Positions 26,621 through 39,139 of a DNA stretch of 64,000 nt are shown here, piece after piece (position 1 is the stretch's first letter; every line of letters begins with the position of its first letter). The translations under genes were made by a program, and so were the position numbers. The notes under the pieces are model-generated. The model was given only the letters and a program-made list of their open reading frames with translations. It did no database searches and had not been told where the DNA came from. The DNA lies in assembly GCF_963921235.1 (NCBI RefSeq), contig NC_086109.1, positions 33,294,001 to 33,358,000 of the forward strand, read 5' to 3'. Source of the DNA: Mobula hypostoma (Eukaryota).

Positions 26621-28136
26621 TTTGTGTGGAAAAAAAACATAATAATATTTCCAAAGTAGCTTTAGGATATCAAACCCTTTATGGAATTTAATGTTTTAAT
26701 CATCTTCATAAATACATCTTCAAATAGTTTGAATGCAAGCAATATTAAATATTGTTACTGAGTTAAATGTGCCAAACACAAGTGGTCACAAGAAAGACTA
26801 GCACAGCTATCAGAGGGCATGCGGTACCAAGACACTAAAGTAGTTGCTATGTTCGAGTTGAAACAATGCTAAAACGCCCTCATTGGAGATGTAATAGTCC
26901 ATCTGAGCACTAGAATCAAATCTCCAGGGAACAATATTGATTAAATCACCAGATTAGTAATCCTGAGGTTTGAACTAGTAATAAATGAATTCAAATCAGA
27001 TCATATAAAGAAAGGTGTAACATGGGGTCACTCCCTCTGGTGGGTCTATCCTGTCAGTGCGACAGGACATGTCTACAAATAGTGATAGATGTACTTCCAC
27101 AAACAATATCATCATTGATCAAAACTTCAGTTGGTCCAGCCATATAAACTCTATGGGTGCAAATGCAAGTCAGGTGATGGACATCCCATAGGGATGCACT
27201 TGCCTCCTGATGCCTCTCTTCTTTTGCCTGTCCACCCATGTCATTGAGTTTTCCATTCATGACTTGCTCCTGTTTCCATTCTGTGGCTCTGGGCTGTCAG
27301 AAATCTTATACAGGATCAGCTGACTCTGCAAGGGTGAAATAGATGGTGACACCATAGTTTCATCCCCTTTCCCACATCCTTCCTCCAGCCCTACTGTTAC
27401 TCATTTTTGACCTGCTGCCCCTTCCAATTCATTCCACCTCCTATGCATGCATTTCTTTTGCTGGCTCTACCAACCCCATTTTGGTCTGGGTTCCTTTCTC
27501 CCTTTCACCTCTCCCCTAATGGCTCCAATTATCAGTTATTTTATTCCAGATGCCAGCAGTGATAGCCTTTATGTTCCTGCTTATGCCCCTCCAGCAGGTT
27601 CGCCACCTTCACCTACCCCTACCCCTTCTGCCACTACCTTACTTGCTCGTTTCGGTCTGCCCCTATCTATCATGTCTCCCAACGCTACCCCTCTCCCTCC
27701 CTTACCTGGCTCATTTTACATCATCCTTCAATACCCATTCCTCCCCTTAGTCCATTAATCACCTCTGGCCTCTGTCTCACCTGTCCTCCCTGGGTAGGTG
27801 AGCGGTTTGGGATGTTACACGTGTATTCTACTGTTTGTGCATAGTCTCCTGATGTTTGAGGTCCTTAATGACTTTCAAGATGCTCTTCTTCACTTTGAGC
27901 GATCGCAGGTGAGAGGTTCCCATAGAGACACAGGAGACGGCAGGTGATGAAACTGTAACCAATAATCTGCTGGAGGAACTCAGCAGGACATGCATTAACT
28001 GGAGCATGAAAGATTCCCATGTGTTAATGAGGATGCTGCAAGTTGTCAAGGTAACTTTGAGATTCTTAAAACTTTTTCTATGTCGTCTTAAAAATCATTT
28101 ACTTTGACAGAAGTGTAAGCAATCCTCCTGAACAAC

Positions 28137-31100
28137 GTTTGCTACTGTTGTTCAGGAGGATTTAAACTAATGTGGCAGGGGGATGGGAACAAGTACAGAG
28201 AGACAGAGGGGTGTAAAATGAGGGTAGAAGCAAAAAGTAGTAAGGTGAAAAGTAAAAGTGGCAGGCCGGCAAATCCAGGGCAAAAATCAAAAAGGACCAC
28301 TTTTCAACATAATTGTATAAGGGCTAAGAGTGTTGTAAAAGCAAGCCTGAAGGCTTTGTGTGTCAATGCAAGGAGAATTTGTAACAAGGTGGATGAATCG
28401 AATGTGCTGATAGTTATTAATGAATATGATATAGTTGGGATCACAGAAACATGGCTCCAGGGTGACCAAGGATGGGAGCGCAACATTCAGGGATATTCAA
28501 TATTCAGGAGGGATATACTTGAAAGAAAAGGAGGTGGGGTGGCATTGCTGGTTAGAGAGGAGATTAACACAATAGAAAGGAAAGACATTAGCCGGGAGGA
28601 TGTGGAATCAATATGGGTAGAGCTGCATAACACTAAGGGGCAGAAAACGCTGGTGGGAGTTGTGTACAGGCCACTTAACAGTAGTAGTGAGGTTGAGGAT
28701 GGCATTAAACAGGAAATTAGAAATGCGTGCAATAAAGGAACAGCAGTTATAATGGGTGACTTCAATCTACATATAGATTGGGTGAACCAAATTGGTAAGG
28801 GTGCTGAGGAAGAGGATTTCTTGGAATGTATGCGGGATGGTTTTCTGAACCAACATGTCAAGGAACCAACTAGAAAGCAGGCCATTCTAGACTGGGTATT
28901 GAGCAATGAGGAAGGGTTAGTTAGCAATCTTGTCGTGCGAGGCCCCTTGGGTAAGAGTGACCAATAATATGGTGGAATTCTTTATTAAGATGGAGAGTGA
29001 CATAGTTAATTCAGAAACAAAGGTTCTGAACTTAAAGAAGAGTGACTTTGAAGGTATGAGATGTGAATTAGCTAAGATAGACTGGCAAATGATACTTAAA
29101 GGATTGATGGTGGATATGCAATGGCAAGCATTTAAAGATCGCATGGATGACCTACAACAATTGTTCATCCCAGTTTGGCAAAAGAATAAACCAGGGAAGG
29201 TAGTGCACCCGTGGCTGACAAGGGAAATTAGGGATAGTATCGATTCCAAAGAAGGAACATACAAATTAACCAGAAAAAGCGGCTCACCTGAGGACTGGGA
29301 GAAATTCAGAGTCCAGCAGTGGAGGACAAAGGGCTTAATTAGGAAAGAGAAAAAAGATTATGAGAGAAAGCTGGCAGGGAACATAAAAACTGACTGTAAA
29401 AGCTTTTATAGATATGTGAAAAGAAAAAAGATTGGTTAAAACAAATGTAGGTCCCTTACAGTCAGAAACAGGTGAATTGATCATGGGGAACAAGGACATG
29501 GCAGACCAATTGAATAACTACTTTGGTTCTGTCTTCACTAAGGAGGACATAAATAATCTTCTGGAAAAAGTAGGGGACCGAGGGTCTAGTAAAATGGAGG
29601 AACTGAGGGAAATACACGTTCGTAGGGAAGTGGTGTTAGATAAATTGAAGGAATTAAAGGCAGATAAATCCCCAGGGCCAGATGGTCTGCATCCCAGAGG
29701 GCTTAAGGAAGTAGCCCAAGAAATAGTGGATGCATTAGTGATAATTATTCAAAACTCTTTAGATTCTGGATTAGTTCTTGAGGATTGGAGGGTGGCTAAT
29801 GTAACTCCGCTTTTTAAAAAAGGAGGGAGAGAGAAACTGGGGAATTATAGACCGGTTAGCCTAACGTCGGTGGTGGAGAAAACGCTAGAGTCAGTTATCA
29901 AAGATGTGATAACAGCACATTTGGGAAGTGGTGTAATCATTGGACAAAGTCAGCATGGATTTGTGAAAGGAAAATCATGTCTGATGAATCCAACAGAATT
30001 TTTTGAGGATGTAACTAGTAGAGTGGATAGGGGAGAACCAGTGGATGTGGTATATTTGGATTTTCAAAAGGCTTTTGACAAGGTCCCACACAGGAGATTA
30101 GTGTGCAAACTTAAAGCACATGGTATTGGGGGTAAGGTATTGATGTGGATAGGGAACTGGTTGGCAGACAGGAAGCAAAGAGTGGGAATAAACGGGACCT
30201 TTTCAGAATGGCAGGCAGTGACTAATGGGGTACCTCAAGGCTCAGTGTTGGGACCCCAGTTGTTTACAATATATATTAATGACTTAGACGAGGAAATTAA
30301 ATTCAGCATCTCCAAGTTTGCGGATGACACAAAGCTGGGCGGCAGTGTTAGCTGTGAGGAGGATGCTAGGAGGATGCAGGGTGACTTGGGTAGGTTAGGT
30401 GAGTGGGCAAATTCATGGCAAATGCAATTTAATGTGGATAAATGTGAGGTTATCCACTTTGGTGGCAAGAACAGGAAAACAGATTATTATCTGAACGGTG
30501 GCCAATTAGGAAAAGGGAAGGTGCAACGAGACCTGGGTGTCATTATACACCAGCCACTGAAAGTGGGCATGCAGGTACAGCAGGTGGTGAAAAAGGCGAA
30601 TGGTATGCTGGCATTCATAGCAAGAGGATTCGAGTACAGGAGCAGGGAGGTACTACTGCAGTTGTACAAGGCCTTGGTGAGAACACACCTGGAATATTGT
30701 GTGCAGTTTTGTTCCCCTAATCTGAGGAAAGACATTCTTGCCATAGAGGGAGTACGAAGAAGGTTCACCAGATTGATTTCTGGGATGGCAGGACTTTCAT
30801 ATGAAGAAAGACTGGATCAACTAGGCTTATACTCGTTGGAATTTAGAAGATTGAGGGGGGATCTTATTGAAACATATAAAATCCTAGAGGGATTGGACAG
30901 GCTAGATGCAGGAAGATTGTTCCTCATGTTGGGGAAGTCCAGAATGAGGGGTCACAGCTTGAGGATAAAGCGGAAGCCTTTTAGGACCAAGATGAGGAAA
31001 AACTTCTTCACACAGAGAGTGGTGAATCTGTGGAATTCTCTGCCACAGGAAACAGTTGAGGCCAGTTCAGTGGTTATATTTAAGAGGGGAGGGAGTTAGA

Positions 31101-31253
31101 TATGGCCCTTGTGGCTAAAGGGTTCAGGGGGTATGGAGAGAAGGCAGGTACAGGGTTCTGAGTTGGATGATTAGCCATGATCATACTGAATGGCGGTGCA
31201 GGCTCGAAGGGCTGAATGGCCTACTCCTGCACCTATTTTCTATGTTTCTATGT
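28137..31253 (+). mobile_element. CR1 LINE: end of ORF1, near-complete ORF2 (APE endonuclease and RT) and 3' UTR
   Basis: APE motifs ITETWL, MGDFN, LDWVL, SD. RT motifs YRPVSLTS, QHGF, YLDFQKAFDKV, GVPQGSVLGP, YINDL, KFADDTK. Frameshifts near 28965, 29432 and 31085. Tail (TTTCTATG)n at 31238-31252. Confidence 0.95.
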
Positions 31254-31644
31254 ACTGGTTTATGGATAGCTTTTGGACAATATGGACCATCCACTAGAGC
31301 TGGTTTAGTGTAACTGAGCACTTGGTGTTGAGGATTAAAACAGAAAATGCCAGAAATACTTTGCTAGTCCATCAGTATGTGCAGGAAGAGAAACAGAATT
31401 AATGTTTCAGGTCCAAGACTCTTCATTGGAAGCTTGACCTGAAATAGGGAGACAAAAGAAGCTTGTTAAACTGTGAGGAGGCTGGTGGAGGGGGACGTAT
31501 CTGATAGAGTAAAACCTGAGCATGGAGATAAGCTGTGGACAAGGCATACTGCATGACCTTCATAGAACATAGTGCTAAACCATATAGTGGTAGTGTCTTC
31601 AAACTGTAGCCTGACAGCAACATTAAATGCAAGAATGTGTTCTT

Positions 31645-32508
31645 CTTGGGTGGAGTTAAGATGGCACCAATTGGCTTCAAACTCATCTGCATAAACAGCT
31701 TAAATTCCTCTCTTTAATGTCTTTTTTCCTTTTCAAGGTGGCTGGGGTTCTGTTGAGGTCCTGATCTGCAACAGCACTCAAACTGCGTTTTTCTTTATGG
31801 CAGATGAGTTCGTGCTCCTGGAGCTCACCGGCTGACTATTTTCCGACATCCTCCAGGCTTTGCTTGGAAAATGGTGTCTCCAGGGTGCAGCTCTGCACAG
31901 CCCTGTGGACAGCTGATTCCAGGCGTTTATTGCCCACTGAGGCATTGCAGGAGAAGAACCTCAGGATTCCACTGCAGTGGATGTACAGATGGAGGTAGTC
32001 TGTAGTTGAGCAATTGCACTCTCTCTCTCTCTCTTGATGTGGGGAACGTTTGCTGCCAGTTCTCGAGTCAGAGAATCTCTGAAAAAAAAGTGATGCAGTA
32101 GACTGTAATGTTGTAACAGCGACTGTCAGTCTCCCCTTTTGCTGTGAAAATGGGTGACATCTCTCTGTGCCTTGTTAGTGAGAGGGAGAGCCCGTGGCAT
32201 GTCGAAATTTTGGATAAACAATAGTTTTTGTTGACTGCAGATCATGGTCTCTCTTTGGGAGCTTTGCAGTGGCTTGATCGGTGGAGGGTGCTAACACTGT
32301 TTTGCTGAAATGGTGGGGGAGAGGGGAGGTTGATGCGTTGATTCTTGCTGCTTGGATGGGGGGGTGGGAGTAGAGGGGGCTTCGGGGTTCTAACGTCTTC
32401 TTGTCGTTCATTCTTTCCGGGTTCTGTTTCTCATAGATGTCTGCGAAGACAAGTATTTCAGGTTGTATATTGTATACATTTGCTGATAATAAACGGAACC
32501 ATTTGAAC
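31645..32508 (+). mobile_element. Non-coding retroposon with LINE-like 5' end and Rex1-like 3' end
   Basis: Starts AAGATGGC, has no RT ORF, and ends ttcaggttgtatattgtatac..ctgatAATAAA..accatttgaac. Related pieces lie at ~37500-38012, ~45016-45210 and ~47385-47455 (reverse complement). Confidence 0.55.
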
Positions 32509-32965
32509 AGCTTCTGGTTGATGACAATCACTGGTAGGTAAGTAACGTAGATGTAATGAACTTTGAACACCTTGGTCACCTCTGGGAGATCATTGAATTT
32601 ATCTGTCAATAAATCCAGCTCTTGGTATTGACATTAGGATATCTGAGTTTTTCCACCAAGATCTCCAATAATCAAGAATCAAGGATAGACTTTAATTGTC
32701 ATATACACTTACATGTATTGGGAATTTGCTGTGGTATGTTGGCATGGCATGCAACAAAAATGACAACGTTTGACAATTATAAAGAATAAACTATATAAAA
32801 TAAAAACAGTGAATCTCCAAATCCTTGGTACCCACTTTCTTCTACAATACACAATTTTGCATGATCAGATTTGCCCGTGCATGTCGCAGATTGATGCTGC
32901 TTCAATACAGCTACCTTTAAGTACCATAGGCTGGCTTTAACTAACACTACCAAGTTTCAGTATTT

Positions 32966-33886
32966 AGAATCAGAATCAGAATCAGAATCAGGTTTATTAT
33001 CACCGGCATGTGCAGTGAAAATTGTAAAGTTAGCAGCAACAGTTCAATGCAATACATAACATAGAATAAGAAGAAAATAAATAAATAATAATAACAACAT
33101 CAAATGAAATAAGTAAATCAATTACAGTATGCATATATCGAATAGATTAAAAATCATGCAAAAACAGAAATATATATTAAAAAAGATAGGTAGTGTTCAT
33201 TGGTTCAGTGTCCATTTAGGAAGCGGTTGGTGGAGGGGAAGAAGCTGTTCCTGAATCACTGAGTGTGTGCCTTCAGGCTTCTGTACCTCCTATCTGATGG
33301 CAACAGTGAGAAAAGGGCATGCCCTGGGTGCTGGAGGTTCTTAATAATGGACGCTGCCCTTCTGAGACACCACTCCTTGAAGATGTCCTGGGTACTTTGT
33401 ACGCTAATACCCAAGATGGAATCAACTAAATTTACAACCCTCTGCAATTTCTTTCGGTCTTGTGCAGTAGCCACTCCCCACCATACCAGACAGTGATGCA
33501 GCCTGTCAGAATGCTCTCCACGATACATCTATAGAAGTTTTATAGTGTATTTGTTGACATACCAAATTTCTTCAAAATCCTAATGAAGTATAGTCGCTGT
33601 GTTGCCTTCTTTATAACTGCATCGATATGTCGGGACCAGATTAGATCCTCAGAGATCTTGACACCCAGGAACTTGAAACTGCTCACTCTCTCCACTTCTG
33701 ATCCCCTATGAGGATTGGTATGTTTTCCTTCATCTTACCCTTCCTGAAGTCCACAATCAGCTCTTTCGTCTTTCTGATGTTGAATGCAAGGTTGTAACTG
33801 CGACACCACTCCAATAGTTGGCATATCTCGCTCCTGTACGCCTTCTCGTCTCCATCTGAGATTCTACCAACAATGGTTGTATCATA
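32966..33886 (-). mobile_element. Rex1/Babar LINE 3' fragment
   Basis: (AGAATC)4 tail and highly similar to 42045-43010. Confidence 0.88.
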
Positions 33887-34347
33887 ATGAACATTATTAG
33901 TTTGTGCTGGCTACATATATGAATGAAGCTTGCAAGCTGCCTATTTTCTGATTAATGGATGGGGATTATTCCATATCACAATCCTTGAAACCATTATTAG
34001 GCGTCTCTTCACTGTTACCTTTTTCCTCAAGTAAATGAGCTGATTGGGTTTTGTGCTAAATTATTCTCTTGATTTTACACTGAGTAGAGGAGATGAAGTG
34101 GTGGTAGGAAAACAAAACTGAAACTTCTGTCTAAAACGCAATGTTTTTGACATTGATGAAAACCTAGAGAGTTGCTCGAGGCAAATACTGAATATCAACA
34201 AGATGTTATCGGACAAGATACTCCAAGTGGAGAATAAGTTGTAACTTGTCTCTTTAAAGAGTATTGGAAGGCAATAGAATGGATGACTTTATGCATAACC
34301 AAGATAAATACATGGGGCAAAGATCAAGTACTCTTCATCAAATAATA

Positions 34348-35127
34348 CACTCATTGGCCACTTTATTAGATACATCTGCTTGCTAATGGAAATAACTAAG
34401 CCAATCATGTGGCAGCAACTCAGTACATAAAGCATGCAGACTTGGTCAAGAGGTTCGGTTGTTGTTCAGACTAAACATTAGAATGGGGAAGAAATGTGAC
34501 CTAAGTGACTTTGACATGCAATGGTGGGGTCGTCTGAGTATCTCAAAAATTGCTGATGTCCTGGGATTTTCACACACAACAGTCTCTAGAGTTTATTCTG
34601 AATGGTGCAAGAAACAAAAAAAAACATCCAGTGAGAGCCTGTTCTGTGAGTTAAGAAACCTTGTTAATGAGAGAGGTCATGGGCGCCATGATAGTGCGAC
34701 TCTTTTACAGCTCAGGGTGTTTCCGAGTTCGGAGTTCAATTCCAGCACTGTCCTGTAAGGAGTCGCCTTCCGTACGTCCTCCCCATGCAATGCGTGGGTT
34801 TTCCCTGGGTGCTCCGGTTTCGTTCCCCCCCAGTCCAAAGATGCATTGGGTAGGTTAATGGGTGATTGTACTTTGTCCCATGGTTGGTCAGAACTGGGCA
34901 GCGTGGCTCTAAGGACGGGAAGGGTCTACTCTGCATTGTATTGCCAAGCTAAATAAATAAATAAAATGTCCTGGCAGGTTTGAGTTGACAAAAAGGCAAC
35001 AGTATCTCAAATAACCACGCATTACAACAGAGGAGCATTTCTGAATGCACAACACTTCGAATCTTATACTTCAGCAGAAGACCACACTGGGTTCCATTCC
35101 TGTACCTAGTACAGAGGCACCTGTGTG
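34348..35127 (+). mobile_element. Tc1/mariner non-autonomous element
   Basis: TA|CACTCATTGGCCACTTTATTAG...GTACCTAGTACAGAGGCACCTGTGTG|TA termini. HTH remnant MGKKCDLSDFD..SISKIADVLGFSHTTVSRVYSEW. Confidence 0.85.
34680..34965 (+). mobile_element. tRNA-derived V-SINE nested in Tc1
   Basis: B box GGAGTTCAATTCC, V-domain tgcgtgggttttccctgggtgctccggtttc..cagtccaaaga, and an (AAAT)n tail. Confidence 0.8.
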
Positions 35128-35802
35128 TAGATAATAATAGGTTATATTGATAGTATTAGATAAAGAAAAGAAGACAAGATTATCAGGCAGCAAAAAAAAA
35201 CAATGGTGTGAACCAATTGTCCCAAATCATTTGTTCCTGCTTTAACAATTCAGTGACGGGACGTCATTGGGTTAAATTTTCAAAATAGCTATACGTAAAT
35301 TACATGTAAAGTATTTGCATCCTTTGTACATGTATCTGCGAGTTCTGTTTTAAGTGGTAACTTGGAGATTCAGTTTAAAATACCACAGTTAAAACCACTT
35401 TGGAATGAGGTCAGGATTCCTGCACCAGCTGGCCTGCATTTTCAGTGCAATACTCACAGAAGAACATCTGGCTGTATTTCAAAACTAAAATATGGAAAGA
35501 GCGTTGAAAAAAAAAACACCCTGGTCTAGAGTAACATACGTGAAGAGAGCACAATCCAAGAATAACATGCAGAGCAGAAAATGGAATCCATTATAAGGTT
35601 TTGAATTTGGACTAATATGACTGAAGCTATTTTCTGTTCTGAACATGTGTCAAAAAAGGTTGGGAAGGGCAGGGCAAGGTGAATTTAAAGAAACAATACC
35701 TCTATTGTTGCAGCATTTTAAGACCATATTAAGTGAAACCAAGCCTATATTGAATTCATTTATGTATTTGCTTCTGTTGTACAAAAAACAGCACTTAGAG
35801 AA

Positions 35803-36350
35803 TTCAGGATTCAAGATTCAAGATTGTTTAATGTCATTTCCAGTACACAAGGGTAAAGGAGAACGACACAGGATCTGATGCAGCATGAGAAAAAAAACAA
35901 TAAGATGAAGAACACAATAATAAAAAAGCACTAAAAAATAAGTATATAAGATGGCTTACATACATAGATTGATTGTATGCCCATGAAGTGACGCAAGGCA
36001 TAGAGTGTCCTTATATAAGGTGACTCTGACAGGAAATGATAAAGTAGTGGTTGTGTGGGTGTGGAGAGGTGGGTCAGTGGGTGGAGCCTTACTACTTGGG
36101 GAAAATAACTGTTTTGGAGTCTGATTGTCCTGGCATGGATGCTGCATAGCTTCCTCCCTGATGGGAGTGGGACAAACAGTTCATGACCAGATTGGGTAGG
36201 ATCTTTTATGATGTTACTGACCCTTTCCCAGCAACTTTGTGAATATATGTCTTTGATGGCAGGTAGGTTGATGCCGGTGATGCATTGGGCAGTTCAGACC
36301 ACGTGTTGTAGAGCCTTCCTGTCAGCTGCAGTGTGGTTTCCATATGTATG
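35803..36350 (-). mobile_element. Rex1-type LINE 3' fragment
   Basis: (attcaag)n tail, and ctccctgatggga similar to other Rex1 3' ends. Confidence 0.65.
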
Positions 36351-37132
36351 CTTGGTAGAAAAATATATCAAATAATTAGATTTTGCAAGTTAAATTTGTC
36401 TTTGAATAGTAACCATCGTCTTCTGATTCACTTTGCTTACATTTTACTGTGGAAATCTCTCATTAGGAACAATCCTGTTGCAAATCAAAAACCTTTCCTT
36501 TACTCAACTGTTCCTACTTAACAAAGACTGTTGAATGCATGGGAAGTGAGTCAGTGCCTGAGTAAATGTCTCCAGTATCAGGGCACCCATTAGCTGGTAC
36601 ATAATGTTTCATGGAATGTCATTACGACAAATGGTGGTGATGAAAAATGAAATTGTGGCTTGAAAAGTGATTGCTTTAATCAAATTTAGATGACAAAGTT
36701 GGTAAGATGTATTTCCAAAACTTAGGATCACGGAAATCGCATAGACTGTTGATTTCTAAATGGACACTCAACCCGCGAACACAACTTCAATACTTTCTTC
36801 AAAATTTCTGTTTTTGAACTGCTTCAGTATTTAATATACAAATACATAATTACTATGCTTCACTTTTTTCCCTATATTTATCATGTTTTGCATTGCACTG
36901 GTGCCCCAAAGTTAACAAATTTCATGATATATGCTGGTGATATTAAACCTGATTCTGATTAGATGCATGTATGCACTAAGAATAGCTCTTTTAATTGTCA
37001 AATTGAATATTTAACTTAAAATTTTCCTTAATCACATGGAAATATTACATTATAATCCTCTAATATTGTATCAAGTTTAGTTTTAATTATATGTATAAAA
37101 GTGAGAGATTTCTATTGCACCAAATAGAACTG

Positions 37133-37216
37133 AATCAGAATCAGGTTTATTATCAGGGGCATGTGATGTGAAATTTGTTAACTTAGCAGCAGCAGTTCAA
37201 TGTAATACATAATCTA

Positions 37217-37251
<35 letters not shown>

Positions 37252-37428
37252 TAAATAATAATAAATAAAATAAAACATAATAATAAATAAACAGGTAAAT
37301 CAATTATGTATATTGAATAGATTATTTAAAATGTGCGAAAACAGAAATACTGTATATTAAAAAAAGTGAGGTAGTGTCCAAGGCTTCAAACTCCAATTAG
37401 GAATCAGATGGCAGAGGGGAAGAAGCCC
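37133..37428 (-). mobile_element. Rex1 3' UTR fragment containing a (GA)n microsatellite
   Basis: Same tail and 3' UTR as the 32966 copy. (GA)n at ~37219-37246. Confidence 0.75.
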
Positions 37429-38014
37429 TCTGAAATGAGAAGCCCTCATCCTGAAATGAAAAAAAAAACACATTTCTTGCTGATCGAAGTGTTAAGGAAG
37501 ACTGAAATATTGAGGCAAATACGGAGGAGGCCTGGGGTTGGGAGGTTGCTCCTCAGCAGGTGAAATCCCCATGGAAGGACTGAGTTCAAGCTTCTCCTCG
37601 AGATGATGGAGGGTGTTTTTGAAATTCTGGGACACGTGATTATCGGTGTGGACTGTAGTTTATATCTGTCTCCTTCAGCTTTTCTACTCTTTGTTTCTTG
37701 CTTCCAATGGGCAGGTGGGCAATATGTTACTATTTTTGGTGAGGGAGAGGTTGGGGGTTTGAATGCTGTTTATTGTGTGGGAGCCACTTGCGGGTTAGGG
37801 GTTTGATGTTTCATCTGCCATGTCCAGGCTGATGATCTGTTAGTTTGTGTGGAGAGGTTGGGTAGGTTTGGGGTTTGTGAGTTTTGTTCCTTTTTCTTTT
37901 TCATGAGGGAGGGGAGCTCCAAGGATCTTTCTGCATTTTATGGTTAACTGGAGAAGCCATATCTCAGAGTCATATTCTGCATGCATACTTTGATAATAAA
38001 GTGAAGTGTTGAAC

Positions 38015-39139
38015 TTTTGAATGCCTTCCATGCGATTTTCTCTAGTCCCAATAGAGGTTCTTCGAATTGCCTGTCGTTGATGAACTATTTGATTTGTGGA
38101 CCAACAAAAATGCGTTCCTTAATCTTGGCATCAGTTATTCTGAGAAACATCTGTCTCAATTATCAAAATCCTTCACAGAAATTTTTGTGCCTGGTGACAG
38201 CAGATACCATCCTTGCAGTCTTCACCTAGTAGTTCTGCTTTTGCCTTTGGCAAACCTAAGTCTCTGACCAGGTCACTTAACTCAGATTGAGTTACCTGAT
38301 GAGGCTCACTCAACATAAAGCGTTCAAAGTCTCTACCAGTGTCAGTGTCATTTTCCATTCCTGGCTCGTGCATCATGGTATCTTCATCTGCCTCCATGTC
38401 TCTGGTGGCTTTGGTACAGGAAGACTACTATCATGTAGTCCAGGTTTCATGGCTGAAGGGAGATTAGGGCATTCAACGGATTTCTTGTTTTTAGCAGAGA
38501 AACCAGACATACTAGTCAGACAGAAGTAGCAGTCTGTCTCACGATCTTTCTGCTCTCACCAAATCGTCGGGACAGTGAAAAGCATTCATTTCCAAGTACA
38601 TCTGAGCCAAGCTCTAAGATCAACAGTGCATGTTGTACAACGAGTGTGAGGCTTTGTCTTGGTCGCCCAAAGTAGAACTCATGGGATTTCTCAATAAGAG
38701 GAGCCATGGTCCATCTTTGAAATATAAGCATATACTCACCTCAAATATAACAGAAAGTATCGTGGCTGTTGCAACATTGGCAAAACATTTTGCTATCACA
38801 AATACTCCTGAAAATACAATTACTTTGTTATAATGAGTACACACAATATGCTATGTGCATAGAGCACGTGCATCAATGTGATTGTAAAGTGATATACAAT
38901 GTATAGAACAGTGTGTGAGAAATGTTTTTATAGCCTTTCTAAAATCTGTCCTGCCATGTAGCATCTGTCCTGTCTAAGCATACCCAGGCATGCCTGAACA
39001 AGATAGAAAACTTTTCATAGATGATTTAACAGAATGATGTGTGATAGGGAAATTTCATGGTGATTTTCATGATCAGCAGCCCCAAATCCATAAGATACAT
39101 CCAAAAGTATTCAGGAAGCAAAATCTTTGTTGTCCAGTG
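38015..39139 (-). mobile_element. Chapaev3-type DNA transposon remnant (internally deleted)
   Basis: Terminus CACTGGACAACAAAG (reverse complement ends at 39139) next to TTA. Transposase remnants YFG..GDQDKA, DCYFCLTSMSGFSAKNKKSVECPNLPSAMKP, PHQVTQSELSDLVRDLGLPKAKAELLG, DAKIKERIFVGPQIK, EKIAWKAFK. Confidence 0.75.

Noticed and set aside
29432-31099. Active or domesticated reverse transcriptase gene
   Set aside because: Part of a 5'-truncated CR1 with three frameshifts in ORF2.
32966-32990. (AGAATC)n arrays as telomeric or CRISPR-like repeats
   Set aside because: They are Rex1-type LINE tails, always attached to the same 3' UTR. No spacers, and the context is eukaryotic.
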